A stretch of 64,000 bases of DNA from Candidatus Bathyarchaeota archaeon (GTDB taxonomy: Archaea > Thermoproteota > Bathyarchaeia > Bathyarchaeales > Bathycorpusculaceae). The position numbers and the translations under genes were made by a program. Each line of letters starts with the position of its first letter. The first letter of the stretch is position 1. Below, piece by piece: positions 51,465 through 63,205 of this stretch. The notes below the pieces were generated by a model. It was given only the letters and a program-made list of their open reading frames with translations, ran no database searches and was not told the DNA's origin. The stretch is from assembly GCA_963770935.1 (NCBI GenBank), contig CAVYRJ010000008.1, forward strand, positions 239,816 through 303,815, in the 5' to 3' direction.

Positions 51465-52280
51465 CTATTCTACGGTTTTTGTTGCTGATTTTAGTTCTTG
51501 TGCAGTTTCTTTTAGTTGGTTTAGCATGGCTGGGATGTTTTGACCATTTTTTTGGATGATGTTGATGAATGCGCTTCCGACGATGGCTGCATCTGCGCCC
51601 GCTGCAATGATGCGCTTTACATGTTCGGGTTTTGAGATGCCAAACCCAACTGCTAACGGGATTTTTCCAGCGGTGAAAGGCAAAACATGTTTGATAAGTT
51701 GGAGAGTTGAGTCTTCGACTTTTGTTTTTGCGCCTGTGACTCCATAATGCGAAACCAAATAGAGGAAACCTGACGAAGAACCAACTATTTTGCTTAAGCG
51801 TTCGTTAGAGGTAGATGGCGCAACAAGAAAAATAGTGTCCAAACCATGTTTTTTTGAAGCTTTCTTATAGTCTGTGGCTTCTTCCACGGGTAAGTCTGGA
51901 ACAATAAAGCCGTCAACCAGGCATTCCTTCGCTAAACGACAAAACTTTTCAAGCCCAATTCTGAACATCGGATTATAATACGTCATAATCACAACTGGCA
52001 CATCATGCTTGGACTTGATTTCCTTGGCGATTTCCAGCACCTTCAGTGGCGAGGTTTCAGCAGCTAAAGCACGCACGCTAGCAGCCTGAATTGTTGGTCC
52101 ATCTGCAATAGGATCAGAAAACGGCAACCCCAACTCAAGAATGTCGACTCCACCACTGATGAGGGCGTCAGCAATTTGTGATGTAAGGTTCGGGTTTGGG
52201 TCTCCAGCCATGATGTAACCAACTAAGGCTCCGTTTCCATGTGCTTTTGCTTTTTGGAATGCTTTGGCCAGGTTGTTCAT
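51465..52280 (-). CDS. trpA: Tryptophan synthase alpha chain
   Basis: [27 protein letters not shown]. Confidence 0.96.
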   Translation of the reverse strand: MNNLAKAFQKAKAHGNGALVGYIMAGDPNPNLTSQIADALISGGVDILELGLPFSDPIADGPTIQAASVRALAAETSPLKVLEIAKEIKSKHDVPVVIMTYYNPMFRIGLEKFCRLAKECLVDGFIVPDLPVEEATDYKKASKKHGLDTIFLVAPSTSNERLSKIVGSSSGFLYLVSHYGVTGAKTKVEDSTLQLIKHVLPFTAGKIPLAVGFGISKPEHVKRIIAAGADAAIVGSAFINIIQKNGQNIPAMLNQLKETAQELKSATKTVE

Positions 52281-53473
52281 ATTTTCGCCCCAATGTATTT
52301 TGCGATAGTTTCCACGTCTTTATCTCCCCGTCCAGACAGAGTAATAACGATTGACTGAGTCTTCTTCATCTTCAGCGCAAGTTTCATGGCGTATGCCACT
52401 GCATGCGAGGATTCCAACGCTGGCAAAATCCCTTCTTCCTTTGATAATGTCAGGAAAGCATCTACTGCCTCTTTGTCGGTTGCAACAGTATATTGGGCGC
52501 GATTGGAGATTTTTAAGAAAGAGTGTTCTGGTCCAACTCCAGGATAGTCTAAGCCTGCTGAAATACTGCTTGTGCTCTCGATTTGCCCGTTGCTGTCTTG
52601 GAGAATATAGGTTAACATACCGTGGAAGACACCTTCTGCTCCTGCACCAAGCGATGCAGCGTGTTTGCCTTTTTCTATGCCTTCGCCTGCGGCTTCAACA
52701 CCGTAGAGCTGCACTGAGGCATCGTCTTCGAAGGGGTAGAATGTTCCCATGGCGTTGCTTCCACCGCCCACACAAGCCACTAACGCATTAGGCAATCTGC
52801 CTTCCTTCTGCTTGAATTGCTCTTTGATTTCGTTGCCGATTACGCTTTGGAAATCTCTAACAATCATCGGGTATGGATGTGGACCCACCACTGAACCAAT
52901 TAGATAGTAAGTGGTCTTGAGGTTGGTTACCCAATCGCGGAAAGCCTCGTTAATGGAGTCTTTGAGGGTTTTGGATCCTGTCTCCACTGGATGCACTTGA
53001 GCGTTCAAAAGTTTCATCCGGAAAACGTTGAGTCGTTGTCTCTTGCAATCCTCGGTGCCCATGTATACTTCCGCCTGTAAGCCTAAAGCTGCACACGCTA
53101 TGGCGGTTGCTACGCCATGTTGCCCCGCTCCTGTCTCAGCTATAACGCGTGTTTTGCCCATACGTTTGGCTAGCAACGCTTGCCCTATTGTGTTGTTTAT
53201 TTTGTGTGCTCCACCGTGCGCTAAGTCTTCTCGTTTGAGGTAGATTTTTGCTCCTCCTATTTTCTTCGTTAAGTTTTCAGCGAAGTAGAGAGGCGTTGGT
53301 CTGCCCACGAACTCTGAAAGGTAATAGTCCAGTTGCTTTCGGAAAGTTGGGTCTTTTCTTGCTTTCTCATAAGCATATTCAAGTTCCGTTATAGCTTCCA
53401 TCAGGACTTCTGGAACAAAGCGTCCACCGTACTTTCCGTATTTCCCGTCAACTGGGTAGTTGCTCAGTTTCAT
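52277..53473 (-). CDS. trpB: Tryptophan synthase beta chain
   Basis: [39 protein letters not shown]. Confidence 0.97.
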   Translation of the reverse strand: MKLSNYPVDGKYGKYGGRFVPEVLMEAITELEYAYEKARKDPTFRKQLDYYLSEFVGRPTPLYFAENLTKKIGGAKIYLKREDLAHGGAHKINNTIGQALLAKRMGKTRVIAETGAGQHGVATAIACAALGLQAEVYMGTEDCKRQRLNVFRMKLLNAQVHPVETGSKTLKDSINEAFRDWVTNLKTTYYLIGSVVGPHPYPMIVRDFQSVIGNEIKEQFKQKEGRLPNALVACVGGGSNAMGTFYPFEDDASVQLYGVEAAGEGIEKGKHAASLGAGAEGVFHGMLTYILQDSNGQIESTSSISAGLDYPGVGPEHSFLKISNRAQYTVATDKEAVDAFLTLSKEEGILPALESSHAVAYAMKLALKMKKTQSIVITLSGRGDKDVETIAKYIGAKI

Positions 53474-54246
53474 GCTTCTACAAACTCCTTCACTTTTTCT
53501 TCAATGTTTTCTGTTAACATTATGCTTGAACCAATGAGGAAAGCCCTTGCACCGCAGTCGCGGAGAAACTGCAAGTCGTCTTTGGTTTTTATTCCGCTCT
53601 CACTTATGACAATTTTGCCATTGGTTTTTTGTTTTTCCAGGATTGCTTTGGTTGTGTTCAGGTCGATTTTTAGAGTTGCAAGGTTTCGGTTGTTGATTCC
53701 AACAAGATCAGCGTCGGTTTCGACAGCTGATTGGAATTCCTCTTCGGTGTGAGTTTCAAGCAGAACCTCAAGTCCTTTTGCATGAGCAAAAGCTATCATT
53801 TTGTCAACACTCATTTCACAGTAGCCTTTTTCGAAAAGAGCTTCAATCAGCAAAACTGCATTTGCTCCTATTTGTGAGGCAACTTCTATTTGCTCAGGAA
53901 TTATGATTATGTCTTTCATAAGGATGGGCAGATTTACCGCTGCACGCGTTTCCACAAGGGTCTGCAGTGAACCATTGAAGTGTTTTGGTTCAGTTAAAAC
54001 CGAAATTCCAACTGCACCACCTCTTTCCATGGCTTGAGCGATAAATTTGGGGTTAAATTGGCTCCTGATTGTCCCGAGAGATGGCGATGATGCTTTAATC
54101 TCAGTTATCACAGGGTTAGCTTTGCATTCTAAGATTGCTTTTTTTAGGCTAATCTTTGGCTGATATGTGGTCATCGAAGTTTTATAATATCCACTATCGA
54201 TAGTTTTAGTGGCATCCATTGCCAATGTTTCAAGAAAATCACCCAT
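53470..54246 (-). CDS. trpC: Indole-3-glycerol-phosphate synthase
   Basis: [28 protein letters not shown]. Confidence 0.95.
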   Translation of the reverse strand: MGDFLETLAMDATKTIDSGYYKTSMTTYQPKISLKKAILECKANPVITEIKASSPSLGTIRSQFNPKFIAQAMERGGAVGISVLTEPKHFNGSLQTLVETRAAVNLPILMKDIIIIPEQIEVASQIGANAVLLIEALFEKGYCEMSVDKMIAFAHAKGLEVLLETHTEEEFQSAVETDADLVGINNRNLATLKIDLNTTKAILEKQKTNGKIVISESGIKTKDDLQFLRDCGARAFLIGSSIMLTENIEEKVKEFVEA

Positions 54247-55297
54247 ATTTAGCTTCCAACTCCTCTAGCTTTTGCAAGTTTCCTGCTGAAGCTTTTACCA
54301 AATTCTTAAGCTTGCCATAAGCAGCACCACTTAGAATTGATTCACGAGCCATCTCCATACCATCTTTGAAGTTTTCCGCTTTACCACCGACAATGACTCC
54401 TGCTGCACTGTTAACGAGAACAAGCTCTGCCTTCGCATTGTCATCTTTGTTACCGCTTAGGATTTTGAAGATTATTTCAGCACTTTCGTCAGCTGTGGAT
54501 GATTGCAAATCAGCTATTGCGGCCGTTTTTACACCAAAATTGCTAGGAACAAAATCTAGTTTCATTACGTTACCTTTCTTTAAGTGGGCGATGACTGTTT
54601 TTCCGACAGTTGAAATCTCATCTAACCCATCAAGACCATGAACAACCATCGCTTCGAGGCAACCCAACTTCTCGAGCACTGAAGCGATCGGAACTACCAG
54701 TTTAGCATCATATACCCCCAGCAATTGGGCATTGGCACACGCCGGGTTGGTTAGCGGTCCGAGCACATTGAAGACCGTTCGGATTCCAATTTCGCGTCTG
54801 GATTCTGCTGCGTACTTCATAGACGGATGAAAAGCAGGAGCAAACATGAAGCCCACACCAACCTTTTCAATTATGCCTTCCACAGCTTTGGGCTCTAAAT
54901 TTATGTTTAAACCTAGTTTTTCAAGTACGTCCGCACTGCCACTTTTGCTAGTAATAGCCCTGTTCCCATGTTTAGCCACCTTAACCCCTGTACCTGCAAT
55001 TACAAACGCCGTTGCTGTGCTAACGTTGAAAGTTTTAATTTTGTCTCCGCCGGTTCCACACGTGTCGACTAGGCGTCCTTGCACTTTGGGATGAATTGTG
55101 CAGCAATTGGACCTCATGACTGAAATGAATGCAAGTAATTCTTCAACTACTTCTCCTTTCATACGCAATGCAGTTAAGAAGGCAGCGGTCTGAGAATTTG
55201 TTGCTTTCCCCGACATAACTTCCCGCATGATTTCGCTTGCTTCTTCAAAAGTCAAGTCTAAGCCTTCGATAAGTTTTTGGATACCTTCCCGAATCAC
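54239..55297 (-). CDS. trpD: Anthranilate phosphoribosyltransferase
   Basis: DTCGTGGD, KHGNR, SGSAD, GLDE. Confidence 0.96.
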   Translation of the reverse strand: MIREGIQKLIEGLDLTFEEASEIMREVMSGKATNSQTAAFLTALRMKGEVVEELLAFISVMRSNCCTIHPKVQGRLVDTCGTGGDKIKTFNVSTATAFVIAGTGVKVAKHGNRAITSKSGSADVLEKLGLNINLEPKAVEGIIEKVGVGFMFAPAFHPSMKYAAESRREIGIRTVFNVLGPLTNPACANAQLLGVYDAKLVVPIASVLEKLGCLEAMVVHGLDGLDEISTVGKTVIAHLKKGNVMKLDFVPSNFGVKTAAIADLQSSTADESAEIIFKILSGNKDDNAKAELVLVNSAAGVIVGGKAENFKDGMEMARESILSGAAYGKLKNLVKASAGNLQKLEELEAKYG

Positions 55298-57272
55298 TGC
55301 TTGCCCTCCAAGAAATTCTTGATTATAATCTTACCGTCTTCACAAAGGATTGATTCAGGGTGAAATTGCACACCATAAATGGGATAATTAACGTGGCGTA
55401 TGCCCATGATTTCGCCATCGTCTGTGGCTTCGGCGGTAATCTGTAAGCAAGATGGAATTGAGTCTCGTTCACCTGCAAGTGAGTGGTACCTTGTTGCGTT
55501 GAAGGGGCTTCGGACTCCTTTGAATAGGTCTTTTTGGTCGTGTTTTATCACACATGTTTTGCCATGCATAAGTTTTTTAGCATGAATAATTTTTCCGCCG
55601 TAAGCGTGGATTATTCCTTGGTGACCTAGACAAACGCCCAATGTTGGAATGTTAGGGCTGAGGTTACGAAGGATTGCTGTGCAGACGCCAAAATATTTTT
55701 CGTCCTCTGGTGTGCCTGGACCTGGTGAAATCACGATTCTATCGGGCTTAAGTTTGGCGACTTCTTCAAGTGTGATTTCGTTATTTCGGTAAACAACTGT
55801 TTGGGCGCCTAGTTCGCCTATGTACTGAACAAGGTTGTAAACGAATGAATCATAGTTGTCGATGACAAGGACCTTTAGGGGTTTTTTTCCTGCCGCGATT
55901 TCGAGTGCCCTCATCAATGCCTCCGCTTTATGGTCGGTTTCCATCCATTCGCGTTCCGGAACAGAATCCGCAACAATTCCTGCGCCTGCTTGGAGGTATG
56001 CTTGTTTCTTGTCTGCGAAGAGAGTGCGGATGGTTATAGCAAAATCAGCATTTCCATTGTAGGAGAAGTATCCAACAGCACCAGCATAAGGACCCCTCCG
56101 TGACTGTTCAAGTTCATCGATGATTTCCATCGCTCGCACCTTAGGAGCCCCAGAAACTGTTCCCGCAGGAAACACAGCACGGACCGCATCATAACTTTGC
56201 AGTTCATCCTTTAATTCACCTACAACTTGAGAAACGATATGTTGTACATGGCTATACTGGTGTACCTTCATAAATTCAGGCACGCTAACGCTTCCATACT
56301 TGGAGATTCTGCCCAAATCATTACGGGCTAAATCAACAAGCATAACGTGTTCGGCGCATTCTTTGGGGTCAGCTAAAAGTTCACCGGCTAATCGGTTGTT
56401 TTCGGCACGGTTTTGCGCTATCGGTTTTGTTCCCGCAATTGGGAATGTTTCAACCATGCGGTTATCGACTCGGATGAGCATTTCAGGGCTGGAACCCACA
56501 ATTTGGTGTTCGCCAAATTTTAGGTAGTACATGTAGGGTGAGGGGTTGATTGTTCGGAGAGCTTCATAAAAAGGAATTAAGCTGCCTTCAAATTGGAACT
56601 GGAATCTTTTAGAGAGGACAACTTGGAAAATGTCACCCGCAGTAACGTATTCCTTAGCTTTCTCGACAGCCTTTTCATACTGTTTCTTTTCTGTTTCCAC
56701 CCTGGGTTGAGCGAAAGAAAACTCCGCAGGCTCAGACGGTCCTTCAAGCAAGTTTTTCAACTCGCCCAAACGACTCTCGCCACGGTAATAGTAGAATGTT
56801 TGCCCCTCAACATGGTTGAAGATTAAGCCATCATCAAAAATCCCCATCTCCACATCAGGAAACCCTTCAGCCGCGAATTTCTGCGGCAGCTTTTCCCAGT
56901 AGCGCACGGCATCGTAGGAGATATAGCCTACTGCGCCGCCGATGAATCGGAACCGGTCGTTTTGAAGGGCGTCTTTTTCGAGAATTCTTTGGATAAGATT
57001 TAGCGGGTCGTCTGTTGTTTGGGTGGTTTTTTGGTTGGTTTGGTTATTGGCTATTTTGGCTTTACCGCTTGTTATTTGGATGGTTGTTTTTGGGTTAAAT
57101 CCTATGAAAGAGTATTGAGCGAGTTTTTGGGGTCCTTCGATTGATTCAAGAAGGTAAACATTTTCGTATTTGGTTAGGAGTTTTGAGAATATTTCTAGGG
57201 GCGGCTGGGTTAGAGTGATTTTTTCGATGTTAAGGGGGTTAACTTGTTTAGTTTTGATGTTTGTTGTGCCAA
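55294..57272 (-). CDS. trpEG: Fused anthranilate synthase component I and II (TrpE-TrpG); 5' start ambiguous
   Basis: Frame open from ~57290 (YLLESIEG, GYISYD, SSPE, PIAGT, LARND) running without stop into VIDNYDSF, SPGPG, GVCLGHQ, QFHPES. Confidence 0.88.
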
Positions 57273-57364
57273 AGACGATTCCCCATTTTGTTCATGCTCC
57301 GTTATAGTTCACAACCTTACAGCTATGTGTTATTTAAGGCTTATCAGTACAAAAATGTACATTG

Positions 57365-57685
57365 CTACTTGAGGACTTCACCCATCCAACCCAAATAAGA
57401 CTCAGAGCCAGCCACAATAGGAATAGCCAAAACCTCAGGAACCTCATAACTATGCAACCCCTTCACGCACTCCACCAACTCTCCAAACAAATCCATCCGA
57501 GACTTCATAATGACCAAACATTCCTCTGCACAATCAATTTTTCCCAACCAATGAAAATGGGAAGTGACAGGATTTATTATGTTGGCGCAAGCAATCAGCT
57601 TACTACCCAAAAGCTTTTGAGTTATTTTTTCTGCTTCTTCTTTGCTTGCAGTTGTAACAAAAACAAGGATAAAATCGGTATTCAT
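57365..57685 (-). CDS. cutA: Divalent-cation tolerance protein CutA
   Basis: LIACANI, HSYEVPE, YLGW. Confidence 0.92.
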   Translation of the reverse strand: MNTDFILVFVTTASKEEAEKITQKLLGSKLIACANIINPVTSHFHWLGKIDCAEECLVIMKSRMDLFGELVECVKGLHSYEVPEVLAIPIVAGSESYLGWMGEVLK

Positions 57686-57806
57686 AGTGGACCATCATTT
57701 AACTGTGAGTTCTCAAGGTAAATAAGTTTGCCAAATTAACAAAGTTGCCAGCATTAACACATTTAAATTTCCCCGATTAAGTATAAGATGTACAGAGGCG
57801 TAACTA

Positions 57807-58304
57807 TTGAAAGAATCTCACATCAAAATTCTAAAAACCATGAATGAAGCCACAAATCGCATGGACCTAAACATGTTCGCAGAAGTCATAAACTTAACTC
57901 CAAACCAAGCCATCGCAGAAGTGCAGGAACTCGCAAAAGAAGGTTTCCTACGCAAAGTTGGTGGAGGATTCGGATTAACTGAAAAAGGTAGAATTGCCCT
58001 TAAAGCTTTCACAACATACGCAAACGAAAGTTTCCATTTTTACGTTGACATAGACAAGCCACTAGGTTTCTCATCTCAGTCGATTATGGAGTTTTACAGG
58101 TTAATAAAACAAGTCACTGCTGATTCTCTGGAGTTTCACTTGTACAAGGGAGATTTTGAGAATTGGTTAAGAGAAGTCTGTCAGGATTCAGAGTTAGCCG
58201 TGACCATTGGAAACCTTAAGGTAGATGATTTGAAGGGTGAACCGCTCAGAAACGCATTGATAAAAGCTATAGATTCAAGATACGGCATTAACGAATTACT
58301 CTAG
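57807..58304 (+). CDS. Winged-HTH plus DUF5752-like domain protein
   Basis: N-terminal LAKEGFL..LTEKG; SLEFHLYKGDFENWL. Confidence 0.65.
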   Translation: MKESHIKILKTMNEATNRMDLNMFAEVINLTPNQAIAEVQELAKEGFLRKVGGGFGLTEKGRIALKAFTTYANESFHFYVDIDKPLGFSSQSIMEFYRLIKQVTADSLEFHLYKGDFENWLREVCQDSELAVTIGNLKVDDLKGEPLRNALIKAIDSRYGINELL

Positions 58305-58764
58305 TCTTTTTTTCTTCTTGCAGCTTTAGCCACCAACCGGGAACTTTAGGGTCTTCGATGATATCCAATTGGTCATAGGGCTTAATGTCCAGCACAGGCG
58401 TTCCATCAAAAGCATCCAAACCCTTAACCTTCAAAACGTTACCATCTACACCAACTAGCTCAACCACTGTTAACCCAATCGGGTTGGGGCGCAGCATTGT
58501 TCTAACGGCAAAAACACCTGTCAACGGTGTATCTACTCTTCCTCTTGGATGAACCCGCAGAGTTCTTCGCTGATCATCCGTGATTTGGTTTAGATAAAAG
58601 AGCACAAACAAATGAGAGTAACCAGTAATGCCGCTTAAACCATCGACCAATTCTCTGCGCAGAACGATTTGAGAAATCAAGACTTTGTCTTTAACTTCGT
58701 CACTGATAGCGTCGGTTTTAACATACCCAATAGGATTTAAAACGATTTTGAGATCAAACGACAT
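58288..58764 (-). CDS. tsaA: tRNA m6t6A37 methyltransferase TsaA/TrmO
   Basis: PIGYV, GVFAVR..RPNPIG, GLDAFDGTPVLDIKPY. Confidence 0.9.
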   Translation of the reverse strand: MSFDLKIVLNPIGYVKTDAISDEVKDKVLISQIVLRRELVDGLSGITGYSHLFVLFYLNQITDDQRRTLRVHPRGRVDTPLTGVFAVRTMLRPNPIGLTVVELVGVDGNVLKVKGLDAFDGTPVLDIKPYDQLDIIEDPKVPGWWLKLQEEKKTRVIR

Positions 58765-59057
58765 TAGCGCTTTCCTCTAATGTGAGTGGATTCCAAAAAT
58801 ATTTAAGGATTCAACTAAGCGTGATTTTTTCTGCAACTATTCTTTTATGAGGGATCAATCGTTTTTCGGGCATAACGCTGGCAAAGATTTACCTCCTCTT
58901 TTTAGCTAAGGCAATGTATTTTTTTCTTGACTAGCTACCCAAGAAAATCGCTCTATGCTTTAGCGGTTTTACCGAAGTGCTCTGCAAGCTCTATAAGGGC
59001 TTACGTTCTTTACAGTAGTGTTTATATTACTCAATGAAGCCCTTTTTCAAAACATGC

Positions 59058-59135
59058 GGGTCCGTAGCTCAGTCAGGCTAGAGCATCGGACTCTTAATCC
59101 GAGGGTCGCGGGTTCAATTCCCGTCGGACCCGCCA
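59058..59135 (+). tRNA. tRNA-Lys(CTT), intronless, CCA encoded
   Basis: Acceptor GGGTCCG/CGGACCC, anticodon arm TCGGA-CTCTTAA-TCCGA, GGTTCAATTCC T arm; TTTATAT box upstream, oligo-T downstream. Confidence 0.97.
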
Positions 59136-59245
59136 ACTTACGTTCACTTTTATACTGAAAACAAAATTCTTTTTTTCTTTTTTTGGCTTTTTTTAGGGTC
59201 CCGTTATAGGGGGATAGCGCGCAAAAGGAACCACGTTAACAAATG

Positions 59246-59875
59246 TCAAGAGATTGCTTGAAACACTATGCTAATCAACAAGGCTATGCCGTAAGCAGAC
59301 ATTAAAACAACAGTTGAGATAAATAAGAAACTATATTCGACATTGAGAGTATCTGAAACCATCAAAAGCAAGAAACTGAACAAAATCGGCAACATAAGTA
59401 ATATTACATTTGAAAATATTTTTCTTCTAGTTCTTTTGATTTTTAGCTCTGTTGAATGAATACTGTCGAGAGTTTCTATAAGTCGAGTTTGTTGAAGTTT
59501 TTTCTCTTCTTCACTAGTAGAAAGAAGGACACTATATCGTGTTGTTATTTTTCCGCTTCTAATATCATCCTAAACAGAAGACCCCCATTGAGGATAAGTC
59601 CAATGAGTAATGTTGTAGACATAATTAAGTGTAGACTGTTCAAGGGATAGATTACGGTTCTCTAGACTCTGAATTCTGAAAATAATTACTGCTATTGCAA
59701 TAGACAAAAGTGCGGACATACCTTGAATTACCGATCCGTATATTGAAACAGAATTTTCCTTGTTGAAATTTGAAAAGCCAATATTATAATAAACAACCCA
59801 TATTATAGCAATAAAAGAAAAAAATATTAGTGGAACGACAGTTTGAATCTTCAAGAAGCGATTTCTTGATGCCAT
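59246..59875 (-). pseudogene. AT-rich multi-TM membrane protein with one in-frame TAG at 59570-59572
   Basis: Frame continues past TAG (DDIRSGK..ILLMLPILFSFLLL..) to TGA at 59246. Confidence 0.6.
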
Positions 59876-60074
59876 TAATAATCAAATTTAAATCGTTGAT
59901 AGTTGCTTAAAAAACCTCTGCTTTTAGAATCAATGACAAGTTTAATAAAGTAACTTAGTGTAAATTATAAACCATGAAAGAAAACAATGCTTTGCGTGAA
60001 TATTGGCGTCTTAAGAAGCGTGTGCAACGTGACAAAGAAGCCAAGGCGAAGGCTTAGTCAACGGCGGCTTTGAT

Positions 60075-60245
60075 ATGGCGATCCGTGCTAGGCGTGAAAG
60101 AAACTTTGAATTGGAAGCGGAAAACCTACGTTTGGAATTAGCCCGCCTTGAATTGGTCCGCACCCGTAACGAATTGCAAGATAGACAAAGAAGGGTAGAT
60201 ACAAACGATGCTATAAGAAAACGGGACCACATAGGGGTTATGTAA
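60075..60245 (+). CDS. Small coiled-coil ORF (possible mobile-element remnant)
   Basis: MAIRARRERNFELEAENLRLELARLELVRTRNELQDRQRR heptad pattern. Confidence 0.35.
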   Translation: MAIRARRERNFELEAENLRLELARLELVRTRNELQDRQRRVDTNDAIRKRDHIGVM

Positions 60246-61085
60246 TTTGAAGGGACAATCAAAGAAATGTGATTTTTGCAAGAACGGACGCCCGTGTTAT
60301 TGGCATAGAAACGGAAAAGCGATTTTTCTTAAAGATGTTTTGAAGCGTCTTGAAGATGAACGAACTGAAGATAGCCCCGAAAATAAAGGGATGCGAATTA
60401 AACATGACTGAACAAACACCTTTAGAAACAAAAGAACAAGAACAAACCTTCCTATCACCTAAATGCCGCAAAGAAGGCTTTTAGTTAATTGAGGATGTGA
60501 AGATGCCCGATGCTTACCATTCAATTTGGAATTTTCTTTTGTCTTGAAGAAGAACTGGTGTTGCTGCTGCAAAAATGGGCGGGTTTGCTTTAAGTTGCTT
60601 TTTTAATTTAGGCTTTTGAAAAGCTTTAGTATGCGTCTGTATAAGTCGTGGTACGTCTCGGAAAGGTTGAGGAAGGCAGATTGTTTAGTGCCGTTGTATG
60701 AGAAAGTAAAGTTTGCCACTAAACTGGTTCTTTTCTAGCTAGAATAAGCAAGGACGGAAGAATCGTTATTCCCAAAGTCAATATGGACTTATTGCAAGAT
60801 AGAAAAATAGATCTTGAAGGCTATGTCGTGAATGTAACTCTAGAACCTTTCTAGCAACCTTAGTTAAGCAAAAAATATAGGGTATAGCTTCACAGAAAAG
60901 CCGATTGTTTATAGTTGGATTTGATTTTTTTGTCTTGGAACAGTTCGATCAGGGATGATCATGAGTTGGGATGAAATTTTTCTTGAGCATCCTTCACAGA
61001 TTGCTAAAGTTTGCTTTAAGTATGGGATTGGATACCGGAGATCCAAGCTGCGTCTAGACCGTGGCAATATGGGCCTAAGATATGC

Positions 61086-61415
61086 TTAACATTTTGTTGG
61101 TTCAGTCCTGATTTCACCGATCCAGAGTTCAACCGAAAAACCAGCCTGCTTGAAATCGATTTGTTTGCCTCGGATGAAGACCAGGCACCCGGCAAACGCG
61201 CCTAATAGATTCTCAATCCCTCCGGCATATACTAGTAAATCGTCGGCTGCAGTACGTCGCAAAACAAAAGAGAGGGCTGGTCGACCAGCTGGTCCAGAGG
61301 TCGACGTCATTGGTTCCAAAATACCAATGAACTGCTGCTCCTGCTCTGGTCGCTCAATGTACCATGCTTCATTCGCAAAGACTCGTTTTGGCAGTTTTCT
61401 AGGATCCATGGGCAT
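61086..61415 (-). CDS. Hypothetical protein coupled to the S8 protease
   Basis: Starts 2 nt after protease stop; 109 aa. Confidence 0.65.
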   Translation of the reverse strand: MPMDPRKLPKRVFANEAWYIERPEQEQQFIGILEPMTSTSGPAGRPALSFVLRRTAADDLLVYAGGIENLLGAFAGCLVFIRGKQIDFKQAGFSVELWIGEIRTEPTKC

Positions 61416-61417
61416 CC

Positions 61418-63205
61418 TTAGAGCAACGCAACCATAGTCCAGTATACGACCTGCGGACCAGCTGGGACGTTATAACCTTTTATTCGCAACTTCCATGTAC
61501 CTTGAGCTATTTGACCAGTTACCTGTGCCCGTTCGAAAACGCTGTTGATCGAGACGCTGAAGGCTCGTGTATTTCCAGCTGGATCAACTAAGTGCAAATC
61601 GATGTCATTGTGAGGATCAAGGGTAATCCACAAGATCCTAAAGCCCCACTCTGGCCACCACAATGCTGCATCCAATTTGGTTATTTTGCCGCCAATTGAG
61701 ATTGGTATGTCTATGTTGTCTTTATTATTGACATTAACCTTGCCCCACCAGGCCCAACCGTCGGTCGGCAAACGCAAATGGCCAGCCCCGACATCATTGT
61801 CAAACGGATAGGGCCTCTGACCAGATAAAATCATTTGCGCATAGACCTGACCAGGGTCAATGCTACCGCTGTTTCCCCGTAACCAGTTGCGTAGCAATGC
61901 AGCTGCACCAGCACCGTAAGGTGTGGCTCCGCTAGTGCCTCCAAAGTTTTGAACTGCAGTATCGCTAGCATTACTAGCTGATTCAGTATTTGTGGGTGCC
62001 TGGATATCCGGTTTGAAGCGGCTGTCCCGTGTCGGACCGCGACTCTGGTAGCTTTCAAGGTTACCGCTTTGCACATCAAAAGCTCCTACTCCGATTACTC
62101 GGTGGGCATTAGCTGGAGCATTGACGGTCTTCGCGTTTGGACCATTATTTCCATTGGCTGCAATCACTACTGCTCCAGCATTATAAGCCGCATCAGCTGC
62201 CTGAGAGATGGAACCCAAATCGTCCCCACCGTCTTGCATCTCAGCTACGATCACTCGGTCAAGGATACTTACAGCCTTTTGGAAAGCTCGCACAACCGCT
62301 GTGCTATCCAGTCCTCCGCAATTAGCTGGATAAACCTTAAGACTGTCTAGAGTAATGGCTGTGATTCCACGATGGTTGTTGGTTAGGTTATTGTTGCCTG
62401 TGATGATTGCGGCTGTACTGGTACCGTGGTTCCAGCAATCATCAGCTGGGTCAGCTCCTGCGCCAGTATTGACACTGTCAATATGGAAAGCGATATGTGA
62501 GGGGTTGTTGAAGAGGGTATGAGTGAAGCGGAGACCAGTATCTAGTAACCCAATCCAACCCGAAGTCTGTCCTAAGTTGAAGTATGGATCGGAATTGATC
62601 CGCGCCCTGCCATCGCTGATCATGCGTTGCGGTGGCTTTTGATCGGTGAAGCGCATTTCAATCGAGACGACGTCCTTTTGATCTGCCAGGCGATTAACAT
62701 ATTTCAGCGGCATTTCAACAAGAGCTGCATTGATTATCCAGAAGGTTTCGAGAACTTTGGCATTGACTCCTTCCAGCATAGAATTCAACTTGCCATAACT
62801 ATCCTTTCGTTTAGCAATGATTTCCTTGATTATCTCATTAGCGCGGCTTAACAACTTCTGATTTTTCTCGGAATCGCGTGGCTGTCGATCGTCAGGCTCT
62901 GGAAAGCGTGGAATAAGTATGTTTTCATGTAAGACAACCATCAACTCATGTCGTTCATCGAGGTTGTGGGTTTCCATCATTTTCTTAAGGACAGGGTGAA
63001 TTTTATCTCGTTTTTCAGGTGGAGTCGGTTCTGGTTCGGACACTCGTTTAGGTTTGATTTCCGTTTGCGTTACCCAGCCGCGTCTAAAAGGACGCGGGGT
63101 CAGAACTGCAGTCTTCCCTTTACGTAAACGAGCTGAAAAAACAACATTGGTTACGTCTTCATCTTCCCGTCCGACGAAGGTTTCAGGATTCAGGTGGATG
63201 GACAA
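61418..63205 (-). CDS. Subtilisin-like S8 serine protease with prodomain and C-terminal PPC-like domain
   Basis: LLDTG, NHGT, AANGN, GTSGATP; DIDLHLVDP..GTWKLRI; GGAGG RBS. Confidence 0.92.
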   Translation of the reverse strand: MSIHLNPETFVGREDEDVTNVVFSARLRKGKTAVLTPRPFRRGWVTQTEIKPKRVSEPEPTPPEKRDKIHPVLKKMMETHNLDERHELMVVLHENILIPRFPEPDDRQPRDSEKNQKLLSRANEIIKEIIAKRKDSYGKLNSMLEGVNAKVLETFWIINAALVEMPLKYVNRLADQKDVVSIEMRFTDQKPPQRMISDGRARINSDPYFNLGQTSGWIGLLDTGLRFTHTLFNNPSHIAFHIDSVNTGAGADPADDCWNHGTSTAAIITGNNNLTNNHRGITAITLDSLKVYPANCGGLDSTAVVRAFQKAVSILDRVIVAEMQDGGDDLGSISQAADAAYNAGAVVIAANGNNGPNAKTVNAPANAHRVIGVGAFDVQSGNLESYQSRGPTRDSRFKPDIQAPTNTESASNASDTAVQNFGGTSGATPYGAGAAALLRNWLRGNSGSIDPGQVYAQMILSGQRPYPFDNDVGAGHLRLPTDGWAWWGKVNVNNKDNIDIPISIGGKITKLDAALWWPEWGFRILWITLDPHNDIDLHLVDPAGNTRAFSVSINSVFERAQVTGQIAQGTWKLRIKGYNVPAGPQVVYWTMVALL

